Notes: generated by a model not told the origin, from the letters alone. Positions 1 to 10,155 are shown, counted from the first letter of the stretch. The stretch: DNA of 64,000 nt from Vicinamibacteria bacterium (GCA_963668695.2 CAXXLQ010000004.1:1888001-1952000), one strand, 5' to 3'. Numbers and translations are program-made.

Positions 1-37
1 CGGGAGAACTGGGCCGCGAGACTTTGTCCACAGGCTG
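1..37 (-). mobile_element. Family A MITE-like repeat, one end (cut by window edge)
   Basis: Ends GACTTTGTCCACAGGCTG followed by CTAG (38-41); nearly identical to the end at 46251-46272; carries the 18-nt unit at 1-12. Confidence 0.85.
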
Positions 38-271
38 CTAGCAGTCTGCGCCGCAGGAAGTTCTTGCGACTGAGTGGGTTGAGGGATTGTCAAGTTGTGG
101 GAAGTGTGTTCTGGTACGGGTAGGAGGTTGAGGATGCCGACGAGATTTCGTGCGTATCAGCCGGGACAGATTCTGTTGAGGCCCCCCAATCTGAACGACT
201 GGGTTGCAGAAATCCTCACTAACCCCACTGTCCAGGAATCGGGGTCCACCTCACTGGATCGCTTCTCATGA
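38..271 (+). pseudogene. IS1182-like left end plus truncated transposase N-terminus (ORF 134-271)
   Basis: CTAGCAGTCTGCGCCGCAG end, GGAGG RBS, then MPTRFRAYQPGQILLRPPNLNDWVAE, resembling the FRxYxxxQxxLxPPxLxDW start of IS1182/DUF772 transposases; similarity ends after about 26 codons. Confidence 0.65.
219..253 (-). mobile_element. Isolated IS3-family-like terminal inverted repeat
   Basis: Reverse complement reads TGAGGTGGACCCCGATTCCTGGACAGTGGGGTTAG, a TG-starting end of IS3-type appearance, located where the IS1182-like ORF loses similarity. Confidence 0.5.
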
Positions 272-672
272 GATTGCGCGGAAACAACCTCTTTCGCCTG
301 ACGCTATTCGGGCACAAGGCAGTGGAAGCTGGCGGCGTCTGCCTGCTGCTGATGGTGCAGGGCAACCTGACCGGGCTCACCCTGGGGCATGTCGGAATCG
401 CCAGCCAGACGGGCTTGCTCGCAGTCATCCCCCTGGTTGGGGTGACCCTCACCAGATACGCCCGGCATTTGGCCAACCGGTGGACCTCGTCAGGACTGAT
501 CGCGGTCTGCACGTTCGTCGCGGACGCAGCGATTCACGGATCGCACTATCCGGGCGCCTATACCGAAGCAGCGTTGACCGCCGCCGGCGCGTTCGTCTTT
601 TCGGTCGTCGTCTCCTTCACACCGATTGGCAGGCGTATCGAAAGACTCGCCGAGACCCATCTGCGCCGGTAA
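268..672 (+). CDS. Hypothetical membrane protein
   Basis: 134-aa ORF with about four hydrophobic segments. Confidence 0.7.
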   Translation: MRLRGNNLFRLTLFGHKAVEAGGVCLLLMVQGNLTGLTLGHVGIASQTGLLAVIPLVGVTLTRYARHLANRWTSSGLIAVCTFVADAAIHGSHYPGAYTEAALTAAGAFVFSVVVSFTPIGRRIERLAETHLRR

Positions 673-779
673 CGGACTGGTAGCCCTGGACTCGTCGGCG
701 CCAGGTTTCGTCCGCCGTCAGGGTCGAGGACGACAGTGGCCGCGAGAGTCGGCTCCCTGCCGGGTGTGACTTGACGTGG

Positions 780-1634
780 TCATCCCCGACCGACGATGAG
801 CGTGACCGCGAGGGCCGCGCACGCCACCCCGGTGACCTGCCAGCCATTGAGGCGCTCGCCGAGCACGACCCGCGCGAGGATCACGGTGCTCGCGGGGTAC
901 AGCGACAAGAGGGTGACGACGACGCTGAGCGGCCCGTAACGGGAGGCCAACAGGTACAGGGCGGTGGCGCCCACATCCACGGCGCCGCCGACGAGAGCGA
1001 TCCTGGCGACGGGCGCCGCCAGGCGCAACGGCCGCCCGCTGACCAGTGCGATGACGGTGAACAGCGTCACCGAGGCGGCGCGCGCCGCCACCAGAGGCCA
1101 CATACCTGCCCCGGCGTCCGTTTCGGCCAGGGCAAGAAAGAACAGGCCGATCGCCACGCCCGACACCAGCGCGAGGCCGACACCGGGCGGCAGCGCCCCG
1201 GCGCGGACCGAGACGGCCCCCGCCGCCGCCCGCTGCTGACTGACCAGCACGATGGCCACGATCGCCAGCGCGACCCCGAGCATGGTCAGCGATCCAAGCC
1301 GTTCCCCGCGCAAGACGCCGGTGGCGACCGCAATCAGCACGGCGCACACGGCCGTCGTCGGAGCCACGACCGCCATCCTCCCCACCGCAAGCGCCCGATA
1401 CAGCAGCGCCAACCCGACGCCGCCGATGAGTCCGGCCGCGCCGCCCCAGACCAGATCGCGCGCCGCCGGTGTGGCCTCGGGCAACAGCGGCAGACTAAGG
1501 AGCAGCAGCGTCAGGCCGCAGCCCTGCGACGTCACGACGACGGCGAGGGTGTTCGCTCGACGCGCGGCGAGGCCGCCAAGGAAATCGGCGGTGCCGTACA
1601 GCGCCGCCGCACTGAGAGCGAGTAGATAGGCCAT
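780..1634 (-). CDS. DMT/EamA family transporter
   Basis: 284 aa, about 10 TM segments, two EamA-like halves (YGTADFLGG; LYPASTVILARVVLGERL). Confidence 0.9.
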   Translation of the reverse strand: MAYLLALSAAALYGTADFLGGLAARRANTLAVVVTSQGCGLTLLLLSLPLLPEATPAARDLVWGGAAGLIGGVGLALLYRALAVGRMAVVAPTTAVCAVLIAVATGVLRGERLGSLTMLGVALAIVAIVLVSQQRAAAGAVSVRAGALPPGVGLALVSGVAIGLFFLALAETDAGAGMWPLVAARAASVTLFTVIALVSGRPLRLAAPVARIALVGGAVDVGATALYLLASRYGPLSVVVTLLSLYPASTVILARVVLGERLNGWQVTGVACAALAVTLIVGRG

Positions 1635-1885
1635 GGAGACTCTGTGGCGGATCCCGCGCGTAGCAGGCGAGTGCCGTTCGAGGGCGAGAGCACCGACGGG
1701 AACGCACCCCGCCGCGTGCCGGCGGCTCGTCCGTGCTCATCGAAGCCCCACCCACGCCGGCACGCGAGGGCCGGGAAGATACACCCACGACGACCTTGGA
1801 TCGAGATGGAGGCAGCGCGGAATCGGCGACATTGGAGGGCGGGGCGAGCGCTTCTCGAGTATCAGCCGGCGCCCGAGGCCTCGAA

Positions 1886-1956
1886 ATGACCGTGAGCGCA
1901 CAACCTCCGATCGACTACAGCAGGTTTCGGCTCTCGCTAAAGCGCCTCCGGGAGCA
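1886..1956 (+). pseudogene. N-terminal remnant of HI0074-type nucleotidyltransferase substrate-binding (HEPN) protein
   Basis: MTVSAQPPIDYSRFRLSLKRLRE resembles the IDYxKFxxSLKRLEE start of that family; it breaks off at a family C repeat. Confidence 0.4.
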
Positions 1957-1965
1957 TGGCGGCTG

Positions 1966-2042
1966 CCCGCGGTTTCGCCGCGCTCTGCGCGGCGGTGCCG
2001 GTGTGAAGCCCCCACCGGGAGAACTGGCCGGCGGTCCCGGGG
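1966..2042 (-). repeat. Family C REP-like repeat with 18-nt insertion (2010-2027)
   Basis: Reverse complement GGGACCGCCGG[CCAGTTCTCCCGGTGGGG]GCTTCACACCGGCACCGCCGCGCAGAGCGCGGCGAAACCGCG; compare the empty form at 24802. Confidence 0.8.
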
Positions 2043-2057
2043 ACGCCCCGTTCCTCC

Positions 2058-4256
2058 CTATGGCACTTCCTCATCCCCGTAGCTCATGCCGAGCTGCATC
2101 ATCAGGAAGGCCGTCTCCATGGCCCGGTCGGGTACCCGGCTGCGGCCCCCGGCGTGGCCCGCGCGGGGCGCGTAGCGAAGGATCACCGGTAGCCCGGAGG
2201 AGGACGCGGCCTGGACCCGCGCCGCCATTCTACGGGCCTGGAGCGGCGGCACCCGGGTGTCGAGATCGCCCTGGGTGAACATCACCGCCGGGTAGTCGGT
2301 CCCGTCGCGCACCGCCTGGTAAGGCGAGTACTGGCGGAGGAACTCGAACTGCTCCGGGATCCCGGCGTTCCCGTACTCGAGCAGCGCCGGCATGTTGTTC
2401 GCGTGGGTGAACGTGTAGAACCGGACCATGTCGAGGTCGGGGAACCCGCAGAACACCGCGCGGTAGAGATCGGGCCGCTGGGTGAAGGAACTCGCCACCA
2501 GCAGGCCGCCGTTGCTCGTCCCCGTGATCGCGAGGCGATCCGGGTTCGTGTAGCCGTTTTCGATGAGCCATTCGGCGGCGGAGATGAAGTCGTCGAAAAC
2601 GTTTTGCTTGTTCTCCAGCATTCCGCCGCGGTGCCAGTCCTCCCCGAACTCGCCGCCGCCCCGGAGGGTCGCCACCGCGAAGACGCCCCCCGCTTCCACC
2701 CAGACCGCCGCCTGCGCGCGGAAGGACGGCGCGAGGCTCGAGTTGAAGCCGCCGTAGCCGTGGAGCAGGGTGGGCAGGTTGCCGTCCGGTTCCACCCCGC
2801 GCTGCCGCATGAGGTACATCGGCGCCTCGGTGCCGTCCTTCGAGGTGTACCAGACCTGCTCGACGACGATGTCGCTGCCGTCGTATTCCGGCCGGGACGG
2901 CGCGATCTGCTCCCGTTCGAACGTCTCGAGGTCCAGCCGGTAGCGGGTCTGCGGCACCGCGAAGGAGGACAGGGTGAGCATCGCGCCGTCCTCGCCCAGC
3001 TTGCTCAGGGAGGCGGTGTGATGGGGGGGCAGGGGGACCTCGTCCACCGCCTGGAGCGGCGCGCCCGCCTCTCCGACTTCGAACACCAGGACACGGGAGG
3101 CGACGTCCGCGAGCAGATTCACGTAGGTCCGCTCGCCGATGGTGGTGTAGCCCTGGAGCAGGTGCTCCTGCTCGGGAATCCAATCCCTCCAGCGCGAGCG
3201 GTCCGACCAGCGCGACGGGTCCACGCCCTCGGTGGGGATCGCGACCACCCGGTAAAGCGGGGCGTCAAGGTTGGTCGTGAGGAGCAGCCGGTCCTCCTCG
3301 TAGCGGGCGGTGGCGTGGGCGCGTCCGCCTTCGAGCACGGGATGGACCTCCCCGCTCCGCTGGTCCATGACGAAGATCTCGTTCCGCATCCAGCCGTGCT
3401 GGACGCCGAGCAGCAGTAGGCGTCCGTCCTCGATTTCCTCCAACCGGAGGAAGGTCTCCGGTCCGTATCCTTCCCCGAAAATCTCTTGGTCTTCGCTCAT
3501 CTCCGTCCCGAGGCGGTGGTAGCGCGCCCGCGGGCCGTCCTCCCGCGAGCGGTGGACGTAGAAGAAGCCCTCGCCCTTCCCGTCGAACGCGATGGTCCCG
3601 TAGAGCGCCTCCGGCAGCCGGTCGGGCCGCTCTTCGAGGGTTTCGAGATCGAGGAGGCGCACGCTGATCTCGTCGAGCCCCCCGTCCCGGATGCGGTAGA
3701 GCAGGAGCGATCCGTCGGGAGCGATGTCCACGATGTCGAGGCTCGCGAACTCGTCGAACCCGAGCTCCATGGCATCGAGGAGCAGTTCGTACTCGCCGCC
3801 GGGGTCCGGCCGCTCTCCGGTGTCTCCGTCCTCGCTCTTTTGCCGACGGTAGATGCGCGCCTGCGACTCCCCGGCGCGGCGTAGGGTGAAGATCTCGTGG
3901 TCGCCGGCTTCCCGCGGAGCCGAAACCGCCGGGACTTCCATGAGCTCCGCGAGGCGGGCCGCGATCCGGGCTTCGAGTCCGGTGTCGGACACGATCCGGC
4001 GCGCGTATTCGTTCTGGGCGTCGATCCACGCCCGCGTCTCCGGACTCTCCTGATCCTCGAGCCAGCGGTAGGGGTCAAGGATCTCGACGCCGTGGATCGT
4101 GTCGGTGACCACCTCCACCCGGGTTTCGGGCGGGGGCGGCCAGAGCCCCGAGCATCCGGAGGCCAGCAGGACCGCGGCCGATGCGGCCAACAGCCGCCAT
4201 GGACGCAGGGAAAAAGGAATGGATGAACGCACGGCGATCCCCCCTCGGCGGTTCAC
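2058..4256 (-). CDS. Prolyl oligopeptidase (S9A), probable lipoprotein
   Basis: DPYRWLED, YGGF, RGGGEFG, GTSNGG nucleophile, DTRV, AGH; lipobox LASGC. Confidence 0.95.
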   Translation of the reverse strand: MNRRGGIAVRSSIPFSLRPWRLLAASAAVLLASGCSGLWPPPPETRVEVVTDTIHGVEILDPYRWLEDQESPETRAWIDAQNEYARRIVSDTGLEARIAARLAELMEVPAVSAPREAGDHEIFTLRRAGESQARIYRRQKSEDGDTGERPDPGGEYELLLDAMELGFDEFASLDIVDIAPDGSLLLYRIRDGGLDEISVRLLDLETLEERPDRLPEALYGTIAFDGKGEGFFYVHRSREDGPRARYHRLGTEMSEDQEIFGEGYGPETFLRLEEIEDGRLLLLGVQHGWMRNEIFVMDQRSGEVHPVLEGGRAHATARYEEDRLLLTTNLDAPLYRVVAIPTEGVDPSRWSDRSRWRDWIPEQEHLLQGYTTIGERTYVNLLADVASRVLVFEVGEAGAPLQAVDEVPLPPHHTASLSKLGEDGAMLTLSSFAVPQTRYRLDLETFEREQIAPSRPEYDGSDIVVEQVWYTSKDGTEAPMYLMRQRGVEPDGNLPTLLHGYGGFNSSLAPSFRAQAAVWVEAGGVFAVATLRGGGEFGEDWHRGGMLENKQNVFDDFISAAEWLIENGYTNPDRLAITGTSNGGLLVASSFTQRPDLYRAVFCGFPDLDMVRFYTFTHANNMPALLEYGNAGIPEQFEFLRQYSPYQAVRDGTDYPAVMFTQGDLDTRVPPLQARRMAARVQAASSSGLPVILRYAPRAGHAGGRSRVPDRAMETAFLMMQLGMSYGDEEVP

Positions 4257-4335
4257 CCTAACCGATCAATCCCGAGTCCCGGTGCCCTCCGCCGGAACCC
4301 GGCACCACGTTCACGTAATCTACCGGGTCACCGTC

Positions 4336-4899
4336 ATGCCGTTCCGCCTGCCTTCCGATCTGGTTCTCGATCCCGAGCGGGGATTTCGCATCTACGAGGG
4401 CGTCGTCGTCCCCGACTGGACCGACCGGAACGGGCACATGAATGTCGTGTACTATCGGAGGGCTTTCGATCAGGCTACGCAACACATGCTGAGTCGTATT
4501 GGACTCTGGGATAACGACAACGATTACGGGTCCACTTTTGCACTTGAAGACCATGTGACTTACCAGCGCGAGTTACATCCGGGCCGCCCGTTTTTCGTCA
4601 CCTACCAGCTTCTCGACTTCAGCGACAAACTGATCCACGCCTTTCTCCGTCTCTTCGGCGAGCCGGAGGGCGAGGGTGACGAACCGGTGCTGGCCGCCAC
4701 CTGCGAGCACATCGGCGTCTATGTGGACATGCGAACCCGGCGGTCCGCCTCCATGCCGGCCGAGTACTACGAACTCCTTCAGGAGATCTCACGCCGCCTC
4801 GAGGGAACGCCGCAGCCCCCCGAGAAAGGCCGCGTCATCGGCATTCGCCACCGCGCTCCCGCGAAACCCATTCCCAGGCGCATCCCGGTGAGCGTCTGA
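4336..4899 (+). CDS. Thioesterase family protein (hotdog fold)
   Basis: DWTDRNGHMNVVYY motif; start set at ATG 4336. Confidence 0.88.
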   Translation: MPFRLPSDLVLDPERGFRIYEGVVVPDWTDRNGHMNVVYYRRAFDQATQHMLSRIGLWDNDNDYGSTFALEDHVTYQRELHPGRPFFVTYQLLDFSDKLIHAFLRLFGEPEGEGDEPVLAATCEHIGVYVDMRTRRSASMPAEYYELLQEISRRLEGTPQPPEKGRVIGIRHRAPAKPIPRRIPVSV

Positions 4900-5084
4900 C
4901 CGTTGCCATGCGTTCAACCATCCAACCGGGAGTTTCCATGAAAACCCGCTCTCTGCGAGACCATCCTGATGGCGATGTTCACCGCCGGATAGACGGAGGG
5001 CCGCAAAGCCCCGACACTTTTTCGTTCCGGTCCGGTCACCTGACCGGGCCTCAGTCTGTCGCTTCCACAAGGAGGAACCCAGAC

Positions 5085-8015
5085 ATGGCCAGCAAGACCG
5101 CATTCAGCAGATTTGAGCGATTCCGGAGGTGTTCGGTCGCCCGGGTCTGTTCGGGGGCGGCGGTCCTGGTGGCCGCCCTCCTCTTCCTCGCGACGCCGGC
5201 CCTCGCCCAGTACGGGCAGATTGAGGGCCAGGTCATTGATGCGACGGGCGCCGTCCTTCCGGGCGCCACCGTCACCGCCGTGAACGAGGGCACCGGGGTT
5301 CCCCGGAGTTCGGTCTCCGACGCGGGCGGCGACTACCGCCTGCCGGGGCTGCAGCCGGGGACCTATACGGTCACCGCCGCACTCACCGGCTTCCAGACGG
5401 TACAGACGACCGGAGTCATCCTGACGATCCAGCAGACGATCGTCATGGACCAGTCACTGTCGCTCGCGCAGGTCGAGGAGACCGTCACGGTCACCGGGAC
5501 GGCGCCGCTGCTCGACACGCGGCGTTCGGACATCTCGACATCGGTTTCCGATCTGCAGATCCAGGATCTCCCGGTGGCCTCCCGCCGCTGGGTGGACCTC
5601 GCGCTGCTCACTCCGGGGACGAGCCAGGACGCGATCCGCGGCTTCTACTACCGCGGCAACGTGAACATGGGCGCCGGGGGCCGCTACTACGCGAACGCCT
5701 TCATCGTGGACGGGGTGAACAACACCTGGGCCGAGATGGGCGAGGCGCGCCAGAACTTCCCGATGGACGCCATCGGCGAGTTCCAGGTCACCACCAGCAA
5801 CTTCAAGGCGGAGTACGGGCTCGCCACCGGCGGCCTCATGACCGTGGTGACGAAGTCGGGCACCAACAACTTCGCGGGAAGCGCCTTCTGGTTCTTCCGC
5901 GACAAATCGTTGACCGAACTGACCTACCAGCAGAAGGAATTCGCGGAGAATGACCCGAGCTTCGAGAAGCCCGCGTACCGCCGGCACCAGTTCGGCGGCT
6001 CCTTCGGCGGCCCCATCGTGGAAGACCGCACCCACTTCTTCTTCGCCTACGAGCGAACGATTGAGGAACTCTTCTACGACATCAACACCAACGGAGTACA
6101 CCCGCAGTTTGAGGGAAGCTTCCCGAAGGACGAGTGGCGCTACATGTGGCTGGGCCGGTTGAACCACCAGCTCAGCGAAGACCACTCCGTCTGGCTGCGG
6201 ATCGCCTGGGAGAACGAGTACCGGCCGAACCTCACCGCCGGCGGCAGCCGGATCGACGGCTTCGACTTCGCGGTGCCGCGGAACGCCGAGGTGTTAGGGA
6301 TCACGTCGGTGACCGGCGCCAACTCCCTGAACGAGTTCCGCTTCCAGCGGGCCTTCTCCAAGTACGAAGTGAGCGAGGCATTCAGCCACGGCTCTTGGGA
6401 TCCCGGCGACTTCAACGCCGAGCGACTCGCGCTCTGTGAACAGGACATCCGCCGGCCCACCCTCCGGATGGGCTCCTGCAACGACCAGATGGGACCGGAG
6501 ACCCGCTGGCAGTTCAAGGACGACTTCACCTGGTTCACCCAGGGGATGGGCGGCGATCACCAGGTCAAGTTCGGGGTGGACTACAACTGGATCGATTTCG
6601 CGGCGGACAGCGTCGGCGGATATTCCGGCCGGTTCAACTTCGACACCGACGAGCCCTTCGATCCCAACAACCCGGACACCCACCCGATCCAGTACACCCA
6701 GAGGCAACCGGTGTTTGACCGCGTTCCGGTGCACCACTTCTCGATCTACACCCAGGACGACTGGACCAGCGAGCGCCTTACCCTGAACCTGGGGCTCCGC
6801 TATGACCTCCAGGTGGGCCCCATGAACGAGGACATCGGGGACATCCAGTTCCCGCTGCCGATCCCCTGGCACGAGGGTGCTGACGCCCGGGGCGACAAGA
6901 ACAACTTTGGTCCGCGGATCGGCTTCGTGTACGACCTCTCCAGGGACAACACCGGCCGAACCACCGTCAAAGGCGGCTACGGCAAGTTCTTCGAGAACAT
7001 CCGGACACTCACGAACTTCGGGGAGCGCTGGTGGCACCAGGGGCAGTCGATCGTCATCAACAACCCCGACTTCCTGGATCCGCTCGGCGGGCGTTCCCGC
7101 GAGGAATACCTCTCCTCGGCGCCGCCGAACATCACGGTCCTCGACAACGACTACGAGCAGCCCTACGCCCACCACTTCAACCTGGGCGTCGCGCATCAAT
7201 TCCGGGATGACATGGCGCTCTCGCTCGACTTGACCCGGGTGGCCACGAGAGCCGACGCGCAGCGGAACATCAACCTCAACTACGCGGTGGACGGCGTGCG
7301 CCCCTGGTCCCAGTTCCGGAATGTGAACGCCACGTATTCGCTCCTCGATCACGACTACCAGGCGTTCTACGCCAAGTTCGAGAAGCGCTATGCGGGCGGC
7401 TGGCAGTTCCTGGTCAGCTACACGCTGGCGAAGAGCGACACGACGGAGTTCTGGACCCGGAACGTCGATCCCTCGGGTTGGGACAGCCGTTTCCCTGGAT
7501 ACACGCGGGTGACGCATCCGGGCGGCACCGACCGCCGCCATCGGCTGGTGAGCAGCGCGATCCTGGTGCTGCCCGGCGACATTCGGGTCTCCGCGATCCT
7601 GGACTACCGCTCGCCGCTTCCCGTGCGGGTGACCTCCGGAACGAACCTGAACGGCGATGACTACTCCGGTGACCTGGCTCCGGGATTCAACGCGTCGAAC
7701 ACCTATGGGTGCCGCGGTCTGGATCTGGGTGTCGGGAACGCCTACCGCCAGTCCACGGGCCGGGCTCCGGTGACCGATTTCGCCTGCTCGAACTTCCTGA
7801 ACTTTGACTTCCGTGCTTCGAAGAACTTCTACCTGAGCGGAACCCACGGGATCGAGCTGGTTTTCCAGGTGCTGAACGCCTTCGACCGGGCCAACTTGGG
7901 GAATGCGAACGCCAACCTGCGTTCCGGCGCCTTCGGCAAGAACGACAGCTCCCTGGCGGCGAACATCAACGCCCCCTCCCGCCAGATCGAGTTCGCCCTC
8001 CGCTACTCCTTCTAG
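5085..8015 (+). CDS. TonB-dependent receptor, Oar-like, with carboxypeptidase-regulatory-like N-domain
   Basis: AAGGAGG RBS before ATG 5085; GQVIDATGAVLPGATVT, TKSGTN, LNLGLRYD, NNFGPRIGF, C-terminal RQIEFALRYSF. Confidence 0.93.
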   Translation: MASKTAFSRFERFRRCSVARVCSGAAVLVAALLFLATPALAQYGQIEGQVIDATGAVLPGATVTAVNEGTGVPRSSVSDAGGDYRLPGLQPGTYTVTAALTGFQTVQTTGVILTIQQTIVMDQSLSLAQVEETVTVTGTAPLLDTRRSDISTSVSDLQIQDLPVASRRWVDLALLTPGTSQDAIRGFYYRGNVNMGAGGRYYANAFIVDGVNNTWAEMGEARQNFPMDAIGEFQVTTSNFKAEYGLATGGLMTVVTKSGTNNFAGSAFWFFRDKSLTELTYQQKEFAENDPSFEKPAYRRHQFGGSFGGPIVEDRTHFFFAYERTIEELFYDINTNGVHPQFEGSFPKDEWRYMWLGRLNHQLSEDHSVWLRIAWENEYRPNLTAGGSRIDGFDFAVPRNAEVLGITSVTGANSLNEFRFQRAFSKYEVSEAFSHGSWDPGDFNAERLALCEQDIRRPTLRMGSCNDQMGPETRWQFKDDFTWFTQGMGGDHQVKFGVDYNWIDFAADSVGGYSGRFNFDTDEPFDPNNPDTHPIQYTQRQPVFDRVPVHHFSIYTQDDWTSERLTLNLGLRYDLQVGPMNEDIGDIQFPLPIPWHEGADARGDKNNFGPRIGFVYDLSRDNTGRTTVKGGYGKFFENIRTLTNFGERWWHQGQSIVINNPDFLDPLGGRSREEYLSSAPPNITVLDNDYEQPYAHHFNLGVAHQFRDDMALSLDLTRVATRADAQRNINLNYAVDGVRPWSQFRNVNATYSLLDHDYQAFYAKFEKRYAGGWQFLVSYTLAKSDTTEFWTRNVDPSGWDSRFPGYTRVTHPGGTDRRHRLVSSAILVLPGDIRVSAILDYRSPLPVRVTSGTNLNGDDYSGDLAPGFNASNTYGCRGLDLGVGNAYRQSTGRAPVTDFACSNFLNFDFRASKNFYLSGTHGIELVFQVLNAFDRANLGNANANLRSGAFGKNDSSLAANINAPSRQIEFALRYSF

Positions 8016-8024
8016 CTACGCAAC

Positions 8025-8067
8025 TTCCCTTCCGGGCAGGGACTCCGGTCCCTGCCCGGTCAGGGAA
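8025..8067 (+). terminator. Strong hairpin after TonB receptor gene
   Basis: CCGGGCAGGGAC-TCCG-GTCCCTGCCCGG 12-bp stem extended by TTCCCT/AGGGAA; no clear U tract. Confidence 0.55.
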
Positions 8068-8111
8068 TACGCAATGCGCAGGACTAACCTGCGTCAAGCG
8101 CGCGCGACAGC

Positions 8112-8262
8112 GGAGCGCCGGCCAGTTCTCCCGGTGGGGGCCTCCGACCGGCATCGCGGCCCACCGGGCCGCGAAACCGCGTACTGCTGCTCAGCCAGAC
8201 GGTGTCGCCCGCAAGGGAACGCCGACCTCCGGTCGGCACAGCCCGCCGGCAGGCGGGCGGAA
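8112..8262 (+). repeat. Two family C REP-like repeats (first filled with the 18-nt unit at 8122-8139, second empty)
   Basis: GGAGCGCCGG[18]GCCTCCGACCGGCATCGCGGCCCACCGGGCCGCGAAACCGCG and GGGAACGCCGACCTCCGGTCGGCACAGCCCGCC...GGCGGGC. Confidence 0.75.
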
Positions 8263-8264
8263 CT

Positions 8265-8680
8265 GCGTACGGCCGATCCGCGTGAACCGCGCCTCCACCG
8301 GACCCATCCCCTACTCCGTCCGGAACCCCGCCGCCTTGTGACTCCCGTCGCAGAACGGCGTCGTTCTCCGAGTCGCCGCAGCGGCAAGACGCTACCCGTG
8401 TATCGCAAAGGGCGATCTCCTTTCCCTCGGCGACTTCGATCTCCCCCGCCACGTAAAGCGGCCCGTTCGCCTGGACGATCGCCGTGTTGATCGGCGGTGT
8501 CTTCTCCACCGCGCCGTCCTTTCGCTCGAAATGGAGCGACCCGGTGGGACATGCCACGACGGTCTTGGCCAGCTCGTCGACTCCTCCGGCCCGATCGGGC
8601 AGGATCCACGGCCGCCGCTCCGGGTCGCAGACCGCCGGAAGGCGCTTCACGCACTCGGCCGCGTGGATGCAGCGTGGGAT
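8265..8680 (-). pseudogene. Degraded (4Fe-4S)-binding/CDGSH iron-sulfur protein
   Basis: RCIHAAECVKRLPAV...ACPTGSLHF, NGPLYVAG, CRCGDSEN, then a frameshift to PFCDGSH near 8360; no intact start seen. Confidence 0.8.
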
Positions 8681-8734
8681 GGTTCGATCCGATGGGAGGC
8701 GAGCCCCACTGACTTCCGCCCAGTGTCTGGGACC

Positions 8735-9484
8735 TCAGGAAGTCGACGCTCGGACTACCACCACCGTCGCGTTGTCCTGGTACGGATGCCCCAGCTCTTC
8801 GATCCGGCCGATGATGGCTCCAGCGATCCTCCCGGCGTGCCCGTCGCAGACGGACGCAATCCCGTCCTCGCCCAGCGTCTCGACCCCGTCGGTCGCCAGG
8901 ATGACGAGATCGTCCGGTTGCAGCGGCAGGCTGCCTTCCGCCACTTCGTCGAGCGGGCCGCCCATGATTGCGCTGGTGATGATCGCCCGTCCCGGATCCT
9001 CGGCCGCCTCGTCGTGCGTGATCTCCCCGCGTCGCGCCATCTCGTCCAGCTCGGCCCCGAAGGTGTGGAGCGGGTTGATGCGTCGGATCCGGCCGCTCCG
9101 GTAGTGGAAAAGAAAGGAGTCGCCGACGCTCACCCAGTCGCAGCCACCGGAGTGGAAGAGGACCGCCACCAGCGTCGTGCCCATGTTGAAGAGTTCGGGA
9201 TGGGCCAAGACTGCCGCGCGAACCTGACGGTTGGCCGCATCGAGAGCGTGACGAAGTCGCTTCCGGGGCGGCCCGGCGGCGGCGGTGCAGATCTCCACGA
9301 AGGCGCCGCAGGCAATCCGGCTCGCTTCGTCGCCGGCGGGATGTCCTCCCATCCCATCGGCGACCACCGCAAGGAGCCGCGCGCCGGGTTCGTCGGGCGG
9401 GAGAACCTGGGTCGCCCACGCGTCCTCCTGACGTAGTCGCGCACCGATGGTCGCCGCGCCGCCGAATTGGAGGTCCGCAGGCAA
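8735..9484 (-). CDS. PP2C-family Ser/Thr protein phosphatase
   Basis: RQED, VADGMGG, MGTT, SVGDS, ATDG, QDNAT motifs. Confidence 0.93.
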   Translation of the reverse strand: MPADLQFGGAATIGARLRQEDAWATQVLPPDEPGARLLAVVADGMGGHPAGDEASRIACGAFVEICTAAAGPPRKRLRHALDAANRQVRAAVLAHPELFNMGTTLVAVLFHSGGCDWVSVGDSFLFHYRSGRIRRINPLHTFGAELDEMARRGEITHDEAAEDPGRAIITSAIMGGPLDEVAEGSLPLQPDDLVILATDGVETLGEDGIASVCDGHAGRIAGAIIGRIEELGHPYQDNATVVVVRASTS

Positions 9485-9494
9485 CGGGGTCGGC

Positions 9495-9893
9495 CTAGAG
9501 CAACCGAGCGCCCGGAAGCGAGGCCATCCGGCGATCCAGCGTCAACACCTCAAGGCCGCCGCTCGCGTAGTCGTGGACGATCAGACGATCCATCAGACCG
9601 GGCGGGGTCGAAGCTTCGATCGAAGTCAGCACCTGCCGCCCGTTCAAGGGCGCGATCAGTCCGCTTTGCAGCACACTGAGCAGACCCGCGCGAGCGTCGG
9701 CCCGCGACACGCCGTAGTGGCGCTGCACAGCGGTGTACGCCTCGCCGATAACTTGATTTGAGGCCAGGATCAGCGCGTCCTCTGCCTTGATCAGGTGACC
9801 GAGAGCCTCCGCGCATCGGTCGAACTCTGCTGGCGGGTCGCCGGTCAGCAGCCGCAGGAGGACGGAAGTGTCAATCCCGAAGCGACGGATCAT
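9495..9893 (-). CDS. PIN-domain (VapC-like) toxin
   Basis: IDTSVLLRLL...D..I...LTLDR PIN pattern; overlaps upstream antitoxin. Confidence 0.88.
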   Translation of the reverse strand: MIRRFGIDTSVLLRLLTGDPPAEFDRCAEALGHLIKAEDALILASNQVIGEAYTAVQRHYGVSRADARAGLLSVLQSGLIAPLNGRQVLTSIEASTPPGLMDRLIVHDYASGGLEVLTLDRRMASLPGARLL

Positions 9894-10113
9894 GGGTTTG
9901 TTCGCGAAAGGCGTCGATGTCGAAACTCCCCTGGCCGCGCCGAAGCTTGTGACGCAGTGGCGCCAGACGGTCGGGATCTATGCGCCGCGGGCAAAGGAGA
10001 AACCCTTCCGGAGTCTCTTCAAGCAGGAGTCGGTCTCCCGGCTTCGCGCCCAATGCGTCGAGCACGCGCGCCGGGAAGGTCACCTGACGCTTTGATGTGA
10101 CTTTCACCAGCAT
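9871..10113 (-). CDS. AbrB/MazE-family antitoxin
   Basis: VKVTSKRQVTFPARVLDALGAKPGD swapped-hairpin motif. Confidence 0.9.
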   Translation of the reverse strand: MLVKVTSKRQVTFPARVLDALGAKPGDRLLLEETPEGFLLCPRRIDPDRLAPLRHKLRRGQGSFDIDAFREQTHDPSLRD

Positions 10114-10128
10114 TCGAAGTCGTATTCT

Positions 10129-10155
10129 CCTTACTCAAAGTCTATTAAAGTAAGG
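10129..10155. promoter_or_regulatory. Probable TA operator palindrome
   Basis: CCTTACT-N13-AGTAAGG in an AT-rich patch just upstream of the antitoxin start. Confidence 0.6.

Noticed and set aside
4900-5080. Possible riboswitch upstream of the TonB receptor (palindrome CCGGTCA-CC-TGACCGG at 5032-5047)
   Set aside because: I see no cobalamin, TPP or other recognisable consensus; only one short palindrome.
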